Of a DNA stretch of 64,000 nucleotides, positions 8,020-17,451 are shown piece by piece. Numbering within the stretch: position 1 is the stretch's first letter; each line of letters opens with the position of its first letter. Location: NCBI GenBank assembly GCA_963677895.2, contig CAXXGJ010000038.1:480001-544000 (forward strand). The letters run 5' to 3'. The stretch comes from Treponemataceae bacterium. Lineage in GTDB: Bacteria; Spirochaetota; Spirochaetia; Treponematales; Rectinemataceae. The position numbers and the translations under genes were made by a program. The notes under the pieces were generated by a model. It was given only the letters and a program-made list of their open reading frames with translations. It made no database searches and had not been told where the DNA came from.

Positions 8020-9810
8020 ATGGCAATTTTCGGAAAAACTCGTATACATGAAAATCAAAAGAAGGATCAGATGGAAGAAACGGAAACTGAACCCACCATT
8101 CAGAACCCCGACCAGGCCCCTTCCCTTTTTGGGGAAACAGAAACGGTGACTCCAGCCTCGCAGACCGAAGCACCAGCCAGGGAAATCACAGGCGGCCAGC
8201 CTTCCGCGGGCAAGGGCACGAAAAAGATCAAACTCAGGCGCAAGCCTGTTCAAGCGGCGGGATTCCCCCATGGGAACGACTCCGCCGCGCATCAGACCTA
8301 CGAGCAGGGACAATCCGCTGACGTTTCATCGCAGGCTTCGGCCTTCGCGCAGGCTTCCCCCTCCATCTCCCCCGAAATGGAAGGCGTCAATCCAACCATA
8401 GACGTGGCTACGGCGGCCGCTCTCGAACGCGAGACGAGAAACGGATTCGTGCGCAAGCAGGAGTCTTTCGACAGGCTTATCAATGAAAGACAGCATGAGA
8501 ACGGGAAACAGGAACATACGGATTCGAGGGCCCGGCTGCTTATCAACGACTTGTCGAAAATGGGCATCAAGGAGCTGAGGGATCTCGGCTCGAAATACGG
8601 CATCAACCACGACGAGCTCATCGCCCTCAGGAAACAGGAGCTGATTTTCTACATCCTGAAATCCCATACCGACAAGGGCGGCATCATCTATGCCTATGGC
8701 TCCCTCGAGATTCTTCCCGATGGCTATGGCTTTCTCCGCTCCCCACAGAATTCTTACCTTTCAGGCACCGACGATATCTACATTTCCCCTTCCCAGATAC
8801 GCCTTTTCAACCTGAAAACCGGCGACACCGTCTACGGCCAGATCAGGAGCCCCAAGGAAGGAGAGCGCTTCTTCGCCATGCTCCGCATAGAGCTCGTCAA
8901 CTTCGACGAACCTGCCGTGGCGCAGAACAGGATTCCCTTCGAGAACCTCACGCCGCTCTATCCAAACCATAAACTCGATCTCGAGACCACCTCCGAAGAG
9001 CTCTCCACGCGCATCATCAACCTCTTCTGCCCGATAGGAAAAGGCCAGCGCGCGCTCATCGTGTCGCCGCCGAAGACCGGAAAAACCGTGCTGCTCCAGA
9101 AAATCGCCAACGCGATCACGACGAACCATCCGGAGGTCTACCTCATCGTCCTCCTCATCGACGAACGTCCCGAGGAAGTCACCGACATGGAGCGCTCGGT
9201 GCAGGCCGAGGTCATATCGTCGACTTTCGACGAGCAGGCCACGCGCCACGTGCAGGTGGCCGAAATGGTGCTGGAAAAAGCCAAGCGGCTGGTGGAACAC
9301 GGACGCGACGTGGTCATCCTCCTCGATTCCATCACTCGACTCGCCCGCGCCTACAACCAGACCGTGCCCACCTCGGGCAAGATACTGTCGGGAGGCGTCG
9401 ACTCCAACGCCCTGCATAAGCCGAAGCGTTTCTTCGGCGCGGCGCGCAACATCGAGCAGGGCGGCTCCCTCACCATCATAGCCACGGCGCTTATAGACAC
9501 CGGAAGCCGCATGGACGAGGTAATCTTCGAGGAATTCAAGGGCACCGGCAACATGGAGATCAACCTGGACAGGCGCCTTTCCGACAAAAGGCTGTTCCCG
9601 GCCATCAACATCAAGAAATCCGGCACCAGGAAGGAAGAAATCCTCCTCACCGACGAGGAACTCCAGAAAATCTGGGTGCTCCGCAGGGTCATCAACCCGA
9701 TGGACGACTCGGACATCATCGAGCTCCTGATTGACAGAATGACGAAAACCAAGAATAATGAGGCCTTCCTGAAATCGATGAGCGGTCCCTCTTACTCAAG
9801 CGGCGACTGA
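8020..9810 (+). CDS. rho: Transcription termination factor Rho with long N-terminal extension
   Basis: [40 protein letters not shown]. Confidence 0.98.
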   Translation: MAIFGKTRIHENQKKDQMEETETEPTIQNPDQAPSLFGETETVTPASQTEAPAREITGGQPSAGKGTKKIKLRRKPVQAAGFPHGNDSAAHQTYEQGQSADVSSQASAFAQASPSISPEMEGVNPTIDVATAAALERETRNGFVRKQESFDRLINERQHENGKQEHTDSRARLLINDLSKMGIKELRDLGSKYGINHDELIALRKQELIFYILKSHTDKGGIIYAYGSLEILPDGYGFLRSPQNSYLSGTDDIYISPSQIRLFNLKTGDTVYGQIRSPKEGERFFAMLRIELVNFDEPAVAQNRIPFENLTPLYPNHKLDLETTSEELSTRIINLFCPIGKGQRALIVSPPKTGKTVLLQKIANAITTNHPEVYLIVLLIDERPEEVTDMERSVQAEVISSTFDEQATRHVQVAEMVLEKAKRLVEHGRDVVILLDSITRLARAYNQTVPTSGKILSGGVDSNALHKPKRFFGAARNIEQGGSLTIIATALIDTGSRMDEVIFEEFKGTGNMEINLDRRLSDKRLFPAINIKKSGTRKEEILLTDEELQKIWVLRRVINPMDDSDIIELLIDRMTKTKNNEAFLKSMSGPSYSSGD

Positions 9811-9839
9811 TAGACGTTTCGGTTTTTTGGGAGTATAGT
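9811..9839 (+). promoter_or_regulatory. Sigma70 promoter of rpmE
   Basis: TAGACG-17 nt-TATAGT. Confidence 0.6.
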
Positions 9840-9917
9840 AGTCCGGCAATATTCAATCGCCGTCACAATGGCCGGTTTTCAGGCATTGTTAGCCAGGCGA
9901 CGCAGTGGAGGAACGAT

Positions 9918-10133
9918 ATGAAAGATGGAATTCACCCCAAGTACGAGAATGCAACCATCACTTGCGTCTGCGGCAATGTCATCGAGACCCGTTCGACGGT
10001 AAAGAGCATCCAAGTGGAAATTTGTTCCGCTTGCCACCCCTTCTTTACCGGAAAACAGAAGCTCGTAGACACCGCGGGACGCATCGAGCGCTTCAACCGC
10101 AAGTATGGTATCAAGGCCACCGAAGCGAAATAA
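9918..10133 (+). CDS. rpmE: 50S ribosomal protein L31 (Zn-binding type)
   Basis: [22 protein letters not shown]. Confidence 0.98.
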   Translation: MKDGIHPKYENATITCVCGNVIETRSTVKSIQVEICSACHPFFTGKQKLVDTAGRIERFNRKYGIKATEAK

Positions 10134-10150
10134 CGCTTCATCGGCTGATG

Positions 10151-10189
10151 AAAAAACCGCGCGTGGCCATGGGCCAGCGCGGTTTTTTT
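10151..10189. terminator. Bidirectional terminator between rpmE and rdgB
   Basis: AAAAAACCGCGC...GCGCGGTTTTTTT. Confidence 0.85.
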
Positions 10190-10235
10190 ATGTCCAAAGG
10201 GGAGGCGTCCGGCTTTGCGCGGGTCGATCCCTGTC

Positions 10236-10844
10236 TTAGCTCAGCGGGGAAAAATCCACGGAAGCGAGCATGGCGTTCATCTTTCTCGCCGCCCTGCCTC
10301 GGTGGGAAATGAGGTTTTTCTCTTCGGGAGAAAGCTCGGCGACGGTCTTGCCCAGTTCGGGAAGGAATACGAGGGGGTCATAGCCGAATCCGCCCGAGCC
10401 CCTCGGCGTCTCGGCGAGGATGCCGGGACAGGTTTCCTGGACGCTCAGGAATCTGTCATCGCCATAGAGGAAAACAAGGCAGCAATAGAAAGCGCAGTTC
10501 CTGTCCGCGACGGCTTTCATCTTTGCGAGGAGAAGATCGTTGCGCTCGGCCGAAGAAAGCTTCGCTTGTCCATCGCCTGATCCGTATCGGGATGAATAGA
10601 TGCCCGGAGCGCCGTCCAGGGCCGCCACGGAAAGCCCCGAATCGTCGGCCAAGGTCGGCATCCTCGCGAGTTCGTAGAGGGCTTGGGCCTTTATGAGCGA
10701 ATTTTCGAAATAACTGCTGCCGTTTTCCTCGATATCCATCTCCGAATACCCCATGTCGGCGGGGCTTAACAGCCTGTGCGAAGGAAAAAGGGGAGCCAAT
10801 TCCTCGATTTTATGTCGGTTGAATGTAGCGACTAGAATATCCAT
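10236..10844 (-). CDS. rdgB: Non-canonical purine NTP pyrophosphatase (Ham1/RdgB)
   Basis: ATFNRHK, ADDSGL, GFGYDP, SHRGRA. Confidence 0.95.
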   Translation of the reverse strand: MDILVATFNRHKIEELAPLFPSHRLLSPADMGYSEMDIEENGSSYFENSLIKAQALYELARMPTLADDSGLSVAALDGAPGIYSSRYGSGDGQAKLSSAERNDLLLAKMKAVADRNCAFYCCLVFLYGDDRFLSVQETCPGILAETPRGSGGFGYDPLVFLPELGKTVAELSPEEKNLISHRGRAARKMNAMLASVDFSPLS

Positions 10845-10866
10845 GAAACGAGAATACCCTGCCCAT

Positions 10867-11775
10867 TCAATGCTCATCAAGCTTCCCGCGCAGCTGGGCC
10901 TTGAGGTAAAAGAGTCCCGAATCCACGGAGCCTTTGGGAATGCGCAGAATCTCGGCTATAACTCGGTTGGAGACAAGAAGATGGAATCGGGATTTCCTTT
11001 CGAGGAGGGCATCATAGCGCCGTCTGCACTGCGAAGAACTTCGCGCGAGCTTTTCCCGCTGTTCGGATCTGACGTTGTCGCCCCGCTGCTCCGCTTCTAT
11101 CAGCCTCAGGCGAAGCCATAAAACGTTGATTCTTTCATTGATGCGAGAGAGGTATTGTCTCGAGGGCTCGAGCGACGATCTGGCCAGGTGGAGAATCGAG
11201 CATAACCACAGAACAGGCAGGCCGAGGCGTCTGGCTACCTTTTCCGTCATTTCATCGTCCATTTCCCAGGCGCATTTGATGACGAGATAGAGGAGACGTT
11301 TTTCCGCCGCGTCCATGCGGGCAAGAAAAAGCGAAGGCGCAAGGCCCCCGACAAATCTGCGCTCATCTTCCTCTATGGCTGACAAGGATTCCAGATCGCT
11401 TTCCATTCGCGTCAAAAGACAGGCGCCGGTTTCGCCGGCGATCTCGAGCACGCAGTCGACCATTTCCTTCTTCCTGAGCGAGCGCTGTACCGACTTCGCG
11501 AGATAGCGGACGCAGGAATCGATATATGCCTCCTTGCTTCCATCTATGGCTTCGCTTCGTTTTATGATGGATGTCAGCCGCCGCTGATAGCGAAGGAAGG
11601 CCTCGGCGGCCTCATCGCCCGATACGAATCCGAAACGTCGGGGATTGGAGAAGACTTTCATGACGAGGCCTATCATTATCAGGGATTCCGCCGCGCTCAA
11701 TTCTTCCATGAAAGGAGCCAGGCTTGCCCCATCCAATTCCGTCGGATAGAGGGTCGAAAGAAGTCTTGTGGCCAT
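10867..11775 (-). CDS. Divergent sigma70/ECF-like protein
   Basis: SD GGAGG; region-2-like DEAAEAFLRY...EAYIDSCVRY; C-terminal region-4-like HTH SNRVIAEILRIPKGSVDSGLFYLK. Confidence 0.55.
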   Translation of the reverse strand: MATRLLSTLYPTELDGASLAPFMEELSAAESLIMIGLVMKVFSNPRRFGFVSGDEAAEAFLRYQRRLTSIIKRSEAIDGSKEAYIDSCVRYLAKSVQRSLRKKEMVDCVLEIAGETGACLLTRMESDLESLSAIEEDERRFVGGLAPSLFLARMDAAEKRLLYLVIKCAWEMDDEMTEKVARRLGLPVLWLCSILHLARSSLEPSRQYLSRINERINVLWLRLRLIEAEQRGDNVRSEQREKLARSSSQCRRRYDALLERKSRFHLLVSNRVIAEILRIPKGSVDSGLFYLKAQLRGKLDEH

Positions 11776-11801
11776 TGTTGATTCCTCCACACCATCATGC
11801 A

Positions 11802-11818
11802 TGCAGGAGGAATGCCAA
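11802..11818 (-). promoter_or_regulatory. Candidate sigma54 (-24/-12) promoter
   Basis: Minus strand TTGGCATTCCTCCTGCA; GG and GC 10 nt apart; 26 nt upstream of ATG. Confidence 0.6.
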
Positions 11819-12019
11819 AAGACTAGAAGGATTGAAGAATCTCAGGATATAAAGAAATTAATATTTATGATAAAAGAAATTAGTAAATTTAAAAACCGGC
11901 GCTTGATAATGCCGCCGGCAATCGAGAAAAAACAGGAAAAATGCGTTTGTTGCATTCCGTTACCTTTCCCCTGCTCCGGGAAGGCGGGTCCACGACGGCG
12001 AGCAAGGGAAAAGCGGAAC

Positions 12020-13006
12020 CTATTTTTCGTCCTTGAAGTTTTCGAACACAGGTTCGAAGGCGCGTATGAGCGTTTCCATGACAGTATCGATCGTTCCCTG
12101 GATGGAGAGCCCCGAAGCGAGCCTATGGCCGCCCCCACCGAAGCGAGCCGCTATTTCGGCAACATTGACTCTCTCCCGGGAGCGGAAGCCGACGGTGCAC
12201 TGCTTTTCGGCTTCCTGTTTCACCACGAAACAGACCTCGCAGGTCGCGACGCTCATCATCAGCTGGTAGAGTATGTCCGAGTCCCTGCTGGCGAGGCCGA
12301 AACGCTGCTGGTCGTCGAGATTCACATAGGAAACCAGGAGTTTGCCTTCATAATGGGATTCGATGCGCGAAAGCATTTCTCCCAGAAGTTTCCTGGAGAA
12401 GATGGTTTTACCGCCGTTGATCTCCATGAAAGTGCGCTTTGGCGAAGCCCCAGCGCGGACGAGGCGGGCGGCGACATCGAAGGTCGCGCTTCCCCTCTCG
12501 TCGAGATGGCGGAAAAAGCCGGTGTCGGTACAGAGCCCAAAAAACAAAAGGTCGGCTTCTTCCTTCGTGGGCTGATGTCCCATGGCCTCCATGAGGAGAA
12601 ATACCATGGCGGTGACCGCCGAGGCGCTGTGGTCGAGATAATCGGATTCGCCGGGGATTTCGCCCGAGGCATGGTGATCGATGAAGGCGATCGGCACCTT
12701 AGGCATGGTTTCGCCCACCGAACCGATGCGGGACATGGAGGAACAGTCGAGGACAAGGGCAGCGGCTCTTTCGTAGTCGCGCTCCGGCGGGGCTTCGTTC
12801 TTGAATTTATGCTCGTACTGGAGAATTTCCGAACGCGTGAAAGGTCCCGAAGACAGGACATGCACGCGTTTCCCCAGGCTCTTGAGGAAGGATGCGAGGG
12901 CTAGCTGGGATCCGATGCAGTCTCCATCGGGTTCGCGATGGCCTAGGACATAGAAGCAATCATGGTTTTCAATAAACCATATAATCCCTTGAGGGACTTC
13001 TTTCAT
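12020..13006 (-). CDS. nrnA: DHH family phosphoesterase (NrnA-like)
   Basis: HREPDGDC, IDHH, TDTG, GGGGH. Confidence 0.9.
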   Translation of the reverse strand: MKEVPQGIIWFIENHDCFYVLGHREPDGDCIGSQLALASFLKSLGKRVHVLSSGPFTRSEILQYEHKFKNEAPPERDYERAAALVLDCSSMSRIGSVGETMPKVPIAFIDHHASGEIPGESDYLDHSASAVTAMVFLLMEAMGHQPTKEEADLLFFGLCTDTGFFRHLDERGSATFDVAARLVRAGASPKRTFMEINGGKTIFSRKLLGEMLSRIESHYEGKLLVSYVNLDDQQRFGLASRDSDILYQLMMSVATCEVCFVVKQEAEKQCTVGFRSRERVNVAEIAARFGGGGHRLASGLSIQGTIDTVMETLIRAFEPVFENFKDEK

Positions 13007-13037
13007 ACATTATTTTCCTTTCCGCCATTCAATGCGT

Positions 13038-13979
13038 TCATAAGGTAGCAAGTAAAATCGCCTTTATCGCGTGCTTCCGGTTCTCGGCCTGCTCGAAAAC
13101 CCTCGATCGGGGACCCTCAAAGAGATCGAAGGAGACTTCCTTGCCCTTGACGGCAGGCAGGCAATGAAGAAAAATGCTGCGCGGATCGCCGGTGCAATCC
13201 ATAAGCTTCGAATCTACCGTATAGGGTTGAAGGATAGCCTCTCTATCGACCGCGAGCGCTTCCTCCCCCATCGAAGTCCAGACATCGGTATAAACAGCCA
13301 AGGCGCCGCGAACGCCTTCTTCCTTGCTTTCGGTAATCTCCAGGGCGGCATCGGACTCGCTCGCGAAGGTCCGGCATATATCCTTCAGCTCGGAATCGGG
13401 CCAGAGCGCCTTCGGAGCGACAATCGAAAGATGGGCGCCCATCTTGGAACAAATTACCATGAGTGACCGAGCGACATTATTGCGACCGTCGCCGACAAAA
13501 GCAAGCTTCTTGCCCTTGAAATTGCCGAACTCCTGTTCAAGCGTGAAAAAATCCGCGAGAACCTGGGTCGGATGGAAGGAATCCGTCAGTCCGTTGTATA
13601 CCGGCACCCCGGAATATTTGGCGAGGGTCTCGACATCGGCCTGCCTGAACCCGCGGAATTCGATGGCATCGAACATCCTGCCCAGGACGCGCGCCGTATC
13701 TTCGATGGATTCCTTGGCTCCCAGCTGGAGGTCCTCCTTCGAAAGGAATACGGGATGTCCGCCCTCTTCCCCGAAGGCCGTCTCGAAGGCAGCCCTGGTC
13801 CTCGTGGATCGTTTTTCGAAGATCAGGGCGAGGGATTTCCCCCTGAAACGTTGACGGATCACGGATTTCTCGGACTCGGCCTTGACCTTTTTCGTAAGCT
13901 CGAGAAAGTATCTTATTTCATCCGGCGTAAAATTAATCCAGGTAAGAAGGGAACGACCTTTCAGGGACTTGGGATTCAT
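13038..13979 (-). CDS. argF: Ornithine carbamoyltransferase
   Basis: STRTR, HPTQ, DVWTSMG, HCLP. Confidence 0.9.
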   Translation of the reverse strand: MNPKSLKGRSLLTWINFTPDEIRYFLELTKKVKAESEKSVIRQRFRGKSLALIFEKRSTRTRAAFETAFGEEGGHPVFLSKEDLQLGAKESIEDTARVLGRMFDAIEFRGFRQADVETLAKYSGVPVYNGLTDSFHPTQVLADFFTLEQEFGNFKGKKLAFVGDGRNNVARSLMVICSKMGAHLSIVAPKALWPDSELKDICRTFASESDAALEITESKEEGVRGALAVYTDVWTSMGEEALAVDREAILQPYTVDSKLMDCTGDPRSIFLHCLPAVKGKEVSFDLFEGPRSRVFEQAENRKHAIKAILLATL

Positions 13980-14089
13980 GTTTTTCCCTCCCGGGGAAGG
14001 GCATCATCCTATATCATCGTCCTCGCCTTGGTCAAGTTTTGGCATTTCCGGACTTTACTCCGGAAGGCCGGCCATGGAATACTTCCGCC

Positions 14090-14758
14090 GTGGCAAAACA
14101 GACTCCAACCGAAAACGTCGCCTTGCGAAATCGCGTTTCCCAAATCCGGGAAATCCTGGTTCCGCTCTGGCCCGACGCGAAACCCCTTCTCGAGTATTCT
14201 TCCTGTTTCGAACTTCTTTGCGCCGTCGTGCTGAGCGCGCAATGTACCGATGACCAGGTGAACGCCGTGACGCCCGCGCTCTTCGGCAGATATCCCGACG
14301 CCTTCGCGCTCGCCGCCGCCGAACCCGAGGATGTAGAACCCTTCATACATTCGGTAGGTTTTTTCAGGACAAAAGCGAGACATCTCGTGCTCGCGGCGCG
14401 CATCCTGGTCGCCGAGTTCGGCGGGAAAGTACCAGCAAAGATGGAAGAGCTGCTTCGCCTGCCGGGCGTGGGCAGGAAAACGGCCAACCTCGTGTCGTCA
14501 GCCTGCTTCGGTTCGCCAGGCATCATCGTGGATACCCATGTGATGCGTGTGGCTTTCAGGCTGGGGCTCAGCGCAAAAAAAGACCCTGAATACATCGAAG
14601 ACATCATCCGCGCGAATCTCGGCGAAGAATGCCATACTTCCTTCTCCCATGCCCTCAATAGACATGGCAAGTTCGTCTGCACCGCGCGATCGCCGGCCTG
14701 CCTTCGTGGAAAGGATCTCTGCCCCCTGGAAGCCATCTGCCCGAAACACGGTCTATAA
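14090..14758 (+). CDS. nth: Endonuclease III (start uncertain)
   Basis: LSAQCTD, LPGVGRKTAN, VDTH, C-terminal 4-Cys cluster. Confidence 0.95.
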   Translation: MAKQTPTENVALRNRVSQIREILVPLWPDAKPLLEYSSCFELLCAVVLSAQCTDDQVNAVTPALFGRYPDAFALAAAEPEDVEPFIHSVGFFRTKARHLVLAARILVAEFGGKVPAKMEELLRLPGVGRKTANLVSSACFGSPGIIVDTHVMRVAFRLGLSAKKDPEYIEDIIRANLGEECHTSFSHALNRHGKFVCTARSPACLRGKDLCPLEAICPKHGL

Positions 14759-14801
14759 AAAAGGGGCCGCCGGAAATCGCTTCCCGGGCAGCCCCTTTTT
14801 T
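14757..14801. terminator. Bidirectional terminator
   Basis: AAAAAAGGGGC...GCCCCTTTTTT between convergent genes. Confidence 0.75.
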
Positions 14802-14854
14802 AACATCGACGCCTCGACTCGAGGCAGAATCCCGATGTTCCTTCCTTTCCGCTA

Positions 14855-15565
14855 TTACTTCGCCAAAGGTTTCCTGTTTTCCCAAGCGCTCTTCAGGGCG
14901 GCGAGATAGGGGCCATGGGCATCGTTCAGGCTCATCGTGGCGCCGGTTCGCACGTCGACGAGCATGGCCTTCTCCGCCTCATTGAGGAGGGCGACCTTGG
15001 CCATATCCTTCTCAACCTTCGTCTCGGGATTGAGGGGGCGGCCGTTCACGTCGCTGAAGTACCTGGCAAACCATGCATTGATCTCGTCCACCGTCTTTCC
15101 GACAAAGAGTTTCTCGTAGACATCCATCTGGTGATACCAGTCGTTTCTCGGATTCATGCCGTAGTCATCGCCGCGGTCGCGCTTGGTCTTCCAGCCGTTT
15201 ATGTCAGCCGCCACCGCATCGACGGTCGTGGGAGCCTTCCCCGCCACTTTTTCCGTCTTGTGGTCGGTGAAGTTGGGCTCGGGACTCCCGGGCCAGCCGG
15301 CGAAATGGGGCATTGAAGCGCCGTCGTAGTTGGGCGTGCTGACTTCGAGGGCGTCGAATTCGCAGTCCACGACTTTCCCCGCCGCGTCGAAGATGACGGA
15401 GGAAAATACAAAATTGAAACTGTATACCTGCGTTCCCGTGCTGTCCTTGCCCGGTCCGAGGCGGAAATTGGACGCGTGCCCAAGCCCGAGATACATACCC
15501 TGTGCCCCCACCGCGGTGAGCGCCAGCAGGGCGATCGCGAGTACAATCCCGATTCGCTTCTGCAT
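14855..15565 (-). CDS. Exported FMN-binding-domain protein
   Basis: SD AGGAG; signal peptide; TKR..GDDYGM, WY.QM, DVRTGAT flavinylation-type motif. Confidence 0.7.
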   Translation of the reverse strand: MQKRIGIVLAIALLALTAVGAQGMYLGLGHASNFRLGPGKDSTGTQVYSFNFVFSSVIFDAAGKVVDCEFDALEVSTPNYDGASMPHFAGWPGSPEPNFTDHKTEKVAGKAPTTVDAVAADINGWKTKRDRGDDYGMNPRNDWYHQMDVYEKLFVGKTVDEINAWFARYFSDVNGRPLNPETKVEKDMAKVALLNEAEKAMLVDVRTGATMSLNDAHGPYLAALKSAWENRKPLAK

Positions 15566-15747
15566 AGAAAACTCCTGTTCAGGAAGATTTGCGGCCATTG
15601 GCCGCTGCCGATCATAATAAATCCGACTATGCAGTTTTGTAAATATTAAATTATCAATATTATTAGATATATAAATATTGGCATGAACCAAGAACGTCAT
15701 TTCGGCAGGGACTGAAGCATGATGCCGCCGGCTGAACGTATAGAGGT

Positions 15748-17382
15748 ATGGACATACCCATCGATCTCCCGAAGGAGCCAGGAAGCGATCCCGTGGCCGA
15801 GCTTGCCAGCAGCCAGTTCGGCATAGATTATCTCTTCCCCCTCCAGCGGATGGCCATAGCCAATATCCTGGACGCGATGGAAACGGAGGAGAGGGTGCGC
15901 CAACTCGTCCTTTTCCCGACGGGATTCGGCAAAAGCCTTTGCTTCCAGCTCCCTGCCCTTCTCGCTCCCGGCCCCAGCGTCGTCATCTATCCCCTTCTCG
16001 CGCTCATGAACGACCAGAAAAAAAGCCTGGAAAAGCGAAAGATTCCTTGTGCCGTCTTCAGAGGAGGCATGGAGGAAGGCGAGAGGAAGGCGCAATGCGA
16101 AGCCGTCAGCGACGGAAGCGCGAAAATCGTGATAACGAACCCCGAATGCTTGGCGACGCCGCGGCTACGGGAATTCCTGGCGGGCGCCCATATCTTCCAT
16201 ATGGCCATAGACGAGGCTCACTGCGTGAGCGAATGGGGAGAGACCTTCAGGCCGTCCTATCTGAAACTGGGCGAATGCATCGAGACAATCAAGCCCAAGG
16301 TCGTGAGCGCCTTCACCGCCACGGCCAGCCCCACCGTCGCCGAAGCCATCGCGCGCTATATCTTCGGCGCGGAAGTCTTTTCGCTGGTGACCGCCGATAT
16401 AGATAAGCCCAATATTCGTTATTCGGTGGAGGCTACCCTCGCGCCCGTCCACACCCTCCTCCGGCTCGTTAGGGCCAAACCGAAACCGCTCATCGTTTTC
16501 GACCAATCGCGCAACGGAGTGAGAAGAACCTGCGAAATCATCAGGGACAACACCAATATCGATACAAGGTTCTATCACGCGGGCCTGACGAGGGAGGAAA
16601 AAAACGCGACGGAAACCTGGTTCATGGAGAGCGCCGATGGCGTGCTGGCCGCCACATGCGCCTACGGAATGGGGGTGGATAAGCGAAACATAAGGACGGT
16701 CATCCATTATTCGGAACCCCCGTCGGTGGAAGCCTACATCCAGGAGGCTGGAAGAGGCGGGCGCGACGGCCAGACGGCTGAAGCCATCCTGATTCATTCC
16801 ACGAGCTCCGGCGGGAAAGCAAGAGCCCGGGAGTCAAAAAACGGAGCCCAGGACGCCGAGGAAGAGGAGAGGAACAGGTTGAGGACGATTCGCCAAAACG
16901 CTTTTCTTGAGTATGCCTCGGCGCGGAGCTGTCGACGGGCCTTTCTGCATAGACTCATGGGTTCCGAACTCTCCTCGCCCTGTTCGGGATGCGACATCTG
17001 CGACGGATCGGCGGAGGCCCTGCCTGAAGGTCTTGGCGAAATCCTGGATTTTTTCGGACGCAATCGCGGGCGCTTCACTCTTAGGCAGAGCGTTAAGCTT
17101 CTCTGCCAGCCCACGATCGCCAGCCTCGGCCGCGTAAGCCCGGAGTTCCAATTCCAGCCGGATGACCGCGAAAAACGCGACATCGACGAGCTGGCGATGC
17201 GCTCATTTCTCGCCAGCCCGCCCACATGCGCCGAAGCGGGTTCTCTTTCGGGATGGCAGGAACGGGAAGCCCTGGCCCTTCTCAGGGAGACCATGAGCAT
17301 GGGTATCCTGAAATCGGGCAGCGGTATTCTGAGGAAGAACAAGCTCTATCTGGATAAGGCGAATGCGAAGAAGGTTTTATAG
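15748..17382 (+). CDS. RecQ family DNA helicase
   Basis: PTGFGKSLCFQ, DEAH, TATA, GMGVDK, QEAGRGGRDG, CRR...CSGCDIC. Confidence 0.93.
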   Translation: MDIPIDLPKEPGSDPVAELASSQFGIDYLFPLQRMAIANILDAMETEERVRQLVLFPTGFGKSLCFQLPALLAPGPSVVIYPLLALMNDQKKSLEKRKIPCAVFRGGMEEGERKAQCEAVSDGSAKIVITNPECLATPRLREFLAGAHIFHMAIDEAHCVSEWGETFRPSYLKLGECIETIKPKVVSAFTATASPTVAEAIARYIFGAEVFSLVTADIDKPNIRYSVEATLAPVHTLLRLVRAKPKPLIVFDQSRNGVRRTCEIIRDNTNIDTRFYHAGLTREEKNATETWFMESADGVLAATCAYGMGVDKRNIRTVIHYSEPPSVEAYIQEAGRGGRDGQTAEAILIHSTSSGGKARARESKNGAQDAEEEERNRLRTIRQNAFLEYASARSCRRAFLHRLMGSELSSPCSGCDICDGSAEALPEGLGEILDFFGRNRGRFTLRQSVKLLCQPTIASLGRVSPEFQFQPDDREKRDIDELAMRSFLASPPTCAEAGSLSGWQEREALALLRETMSMGILKSGSGILRKNKLYLDKANAKKVL

Positions 17383-17451
17383 ATAAAAACGGCTTGAAGT
17401 GTAGCGATTTTCACCATATCATGTATCATAAGGATACAGATGGAGCGGAAT

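Noticed and set aside
15678..15696. TTGGCATG as a second sigma54 promoter (also near 42145)
   Set aside because: No GC at the -12 position
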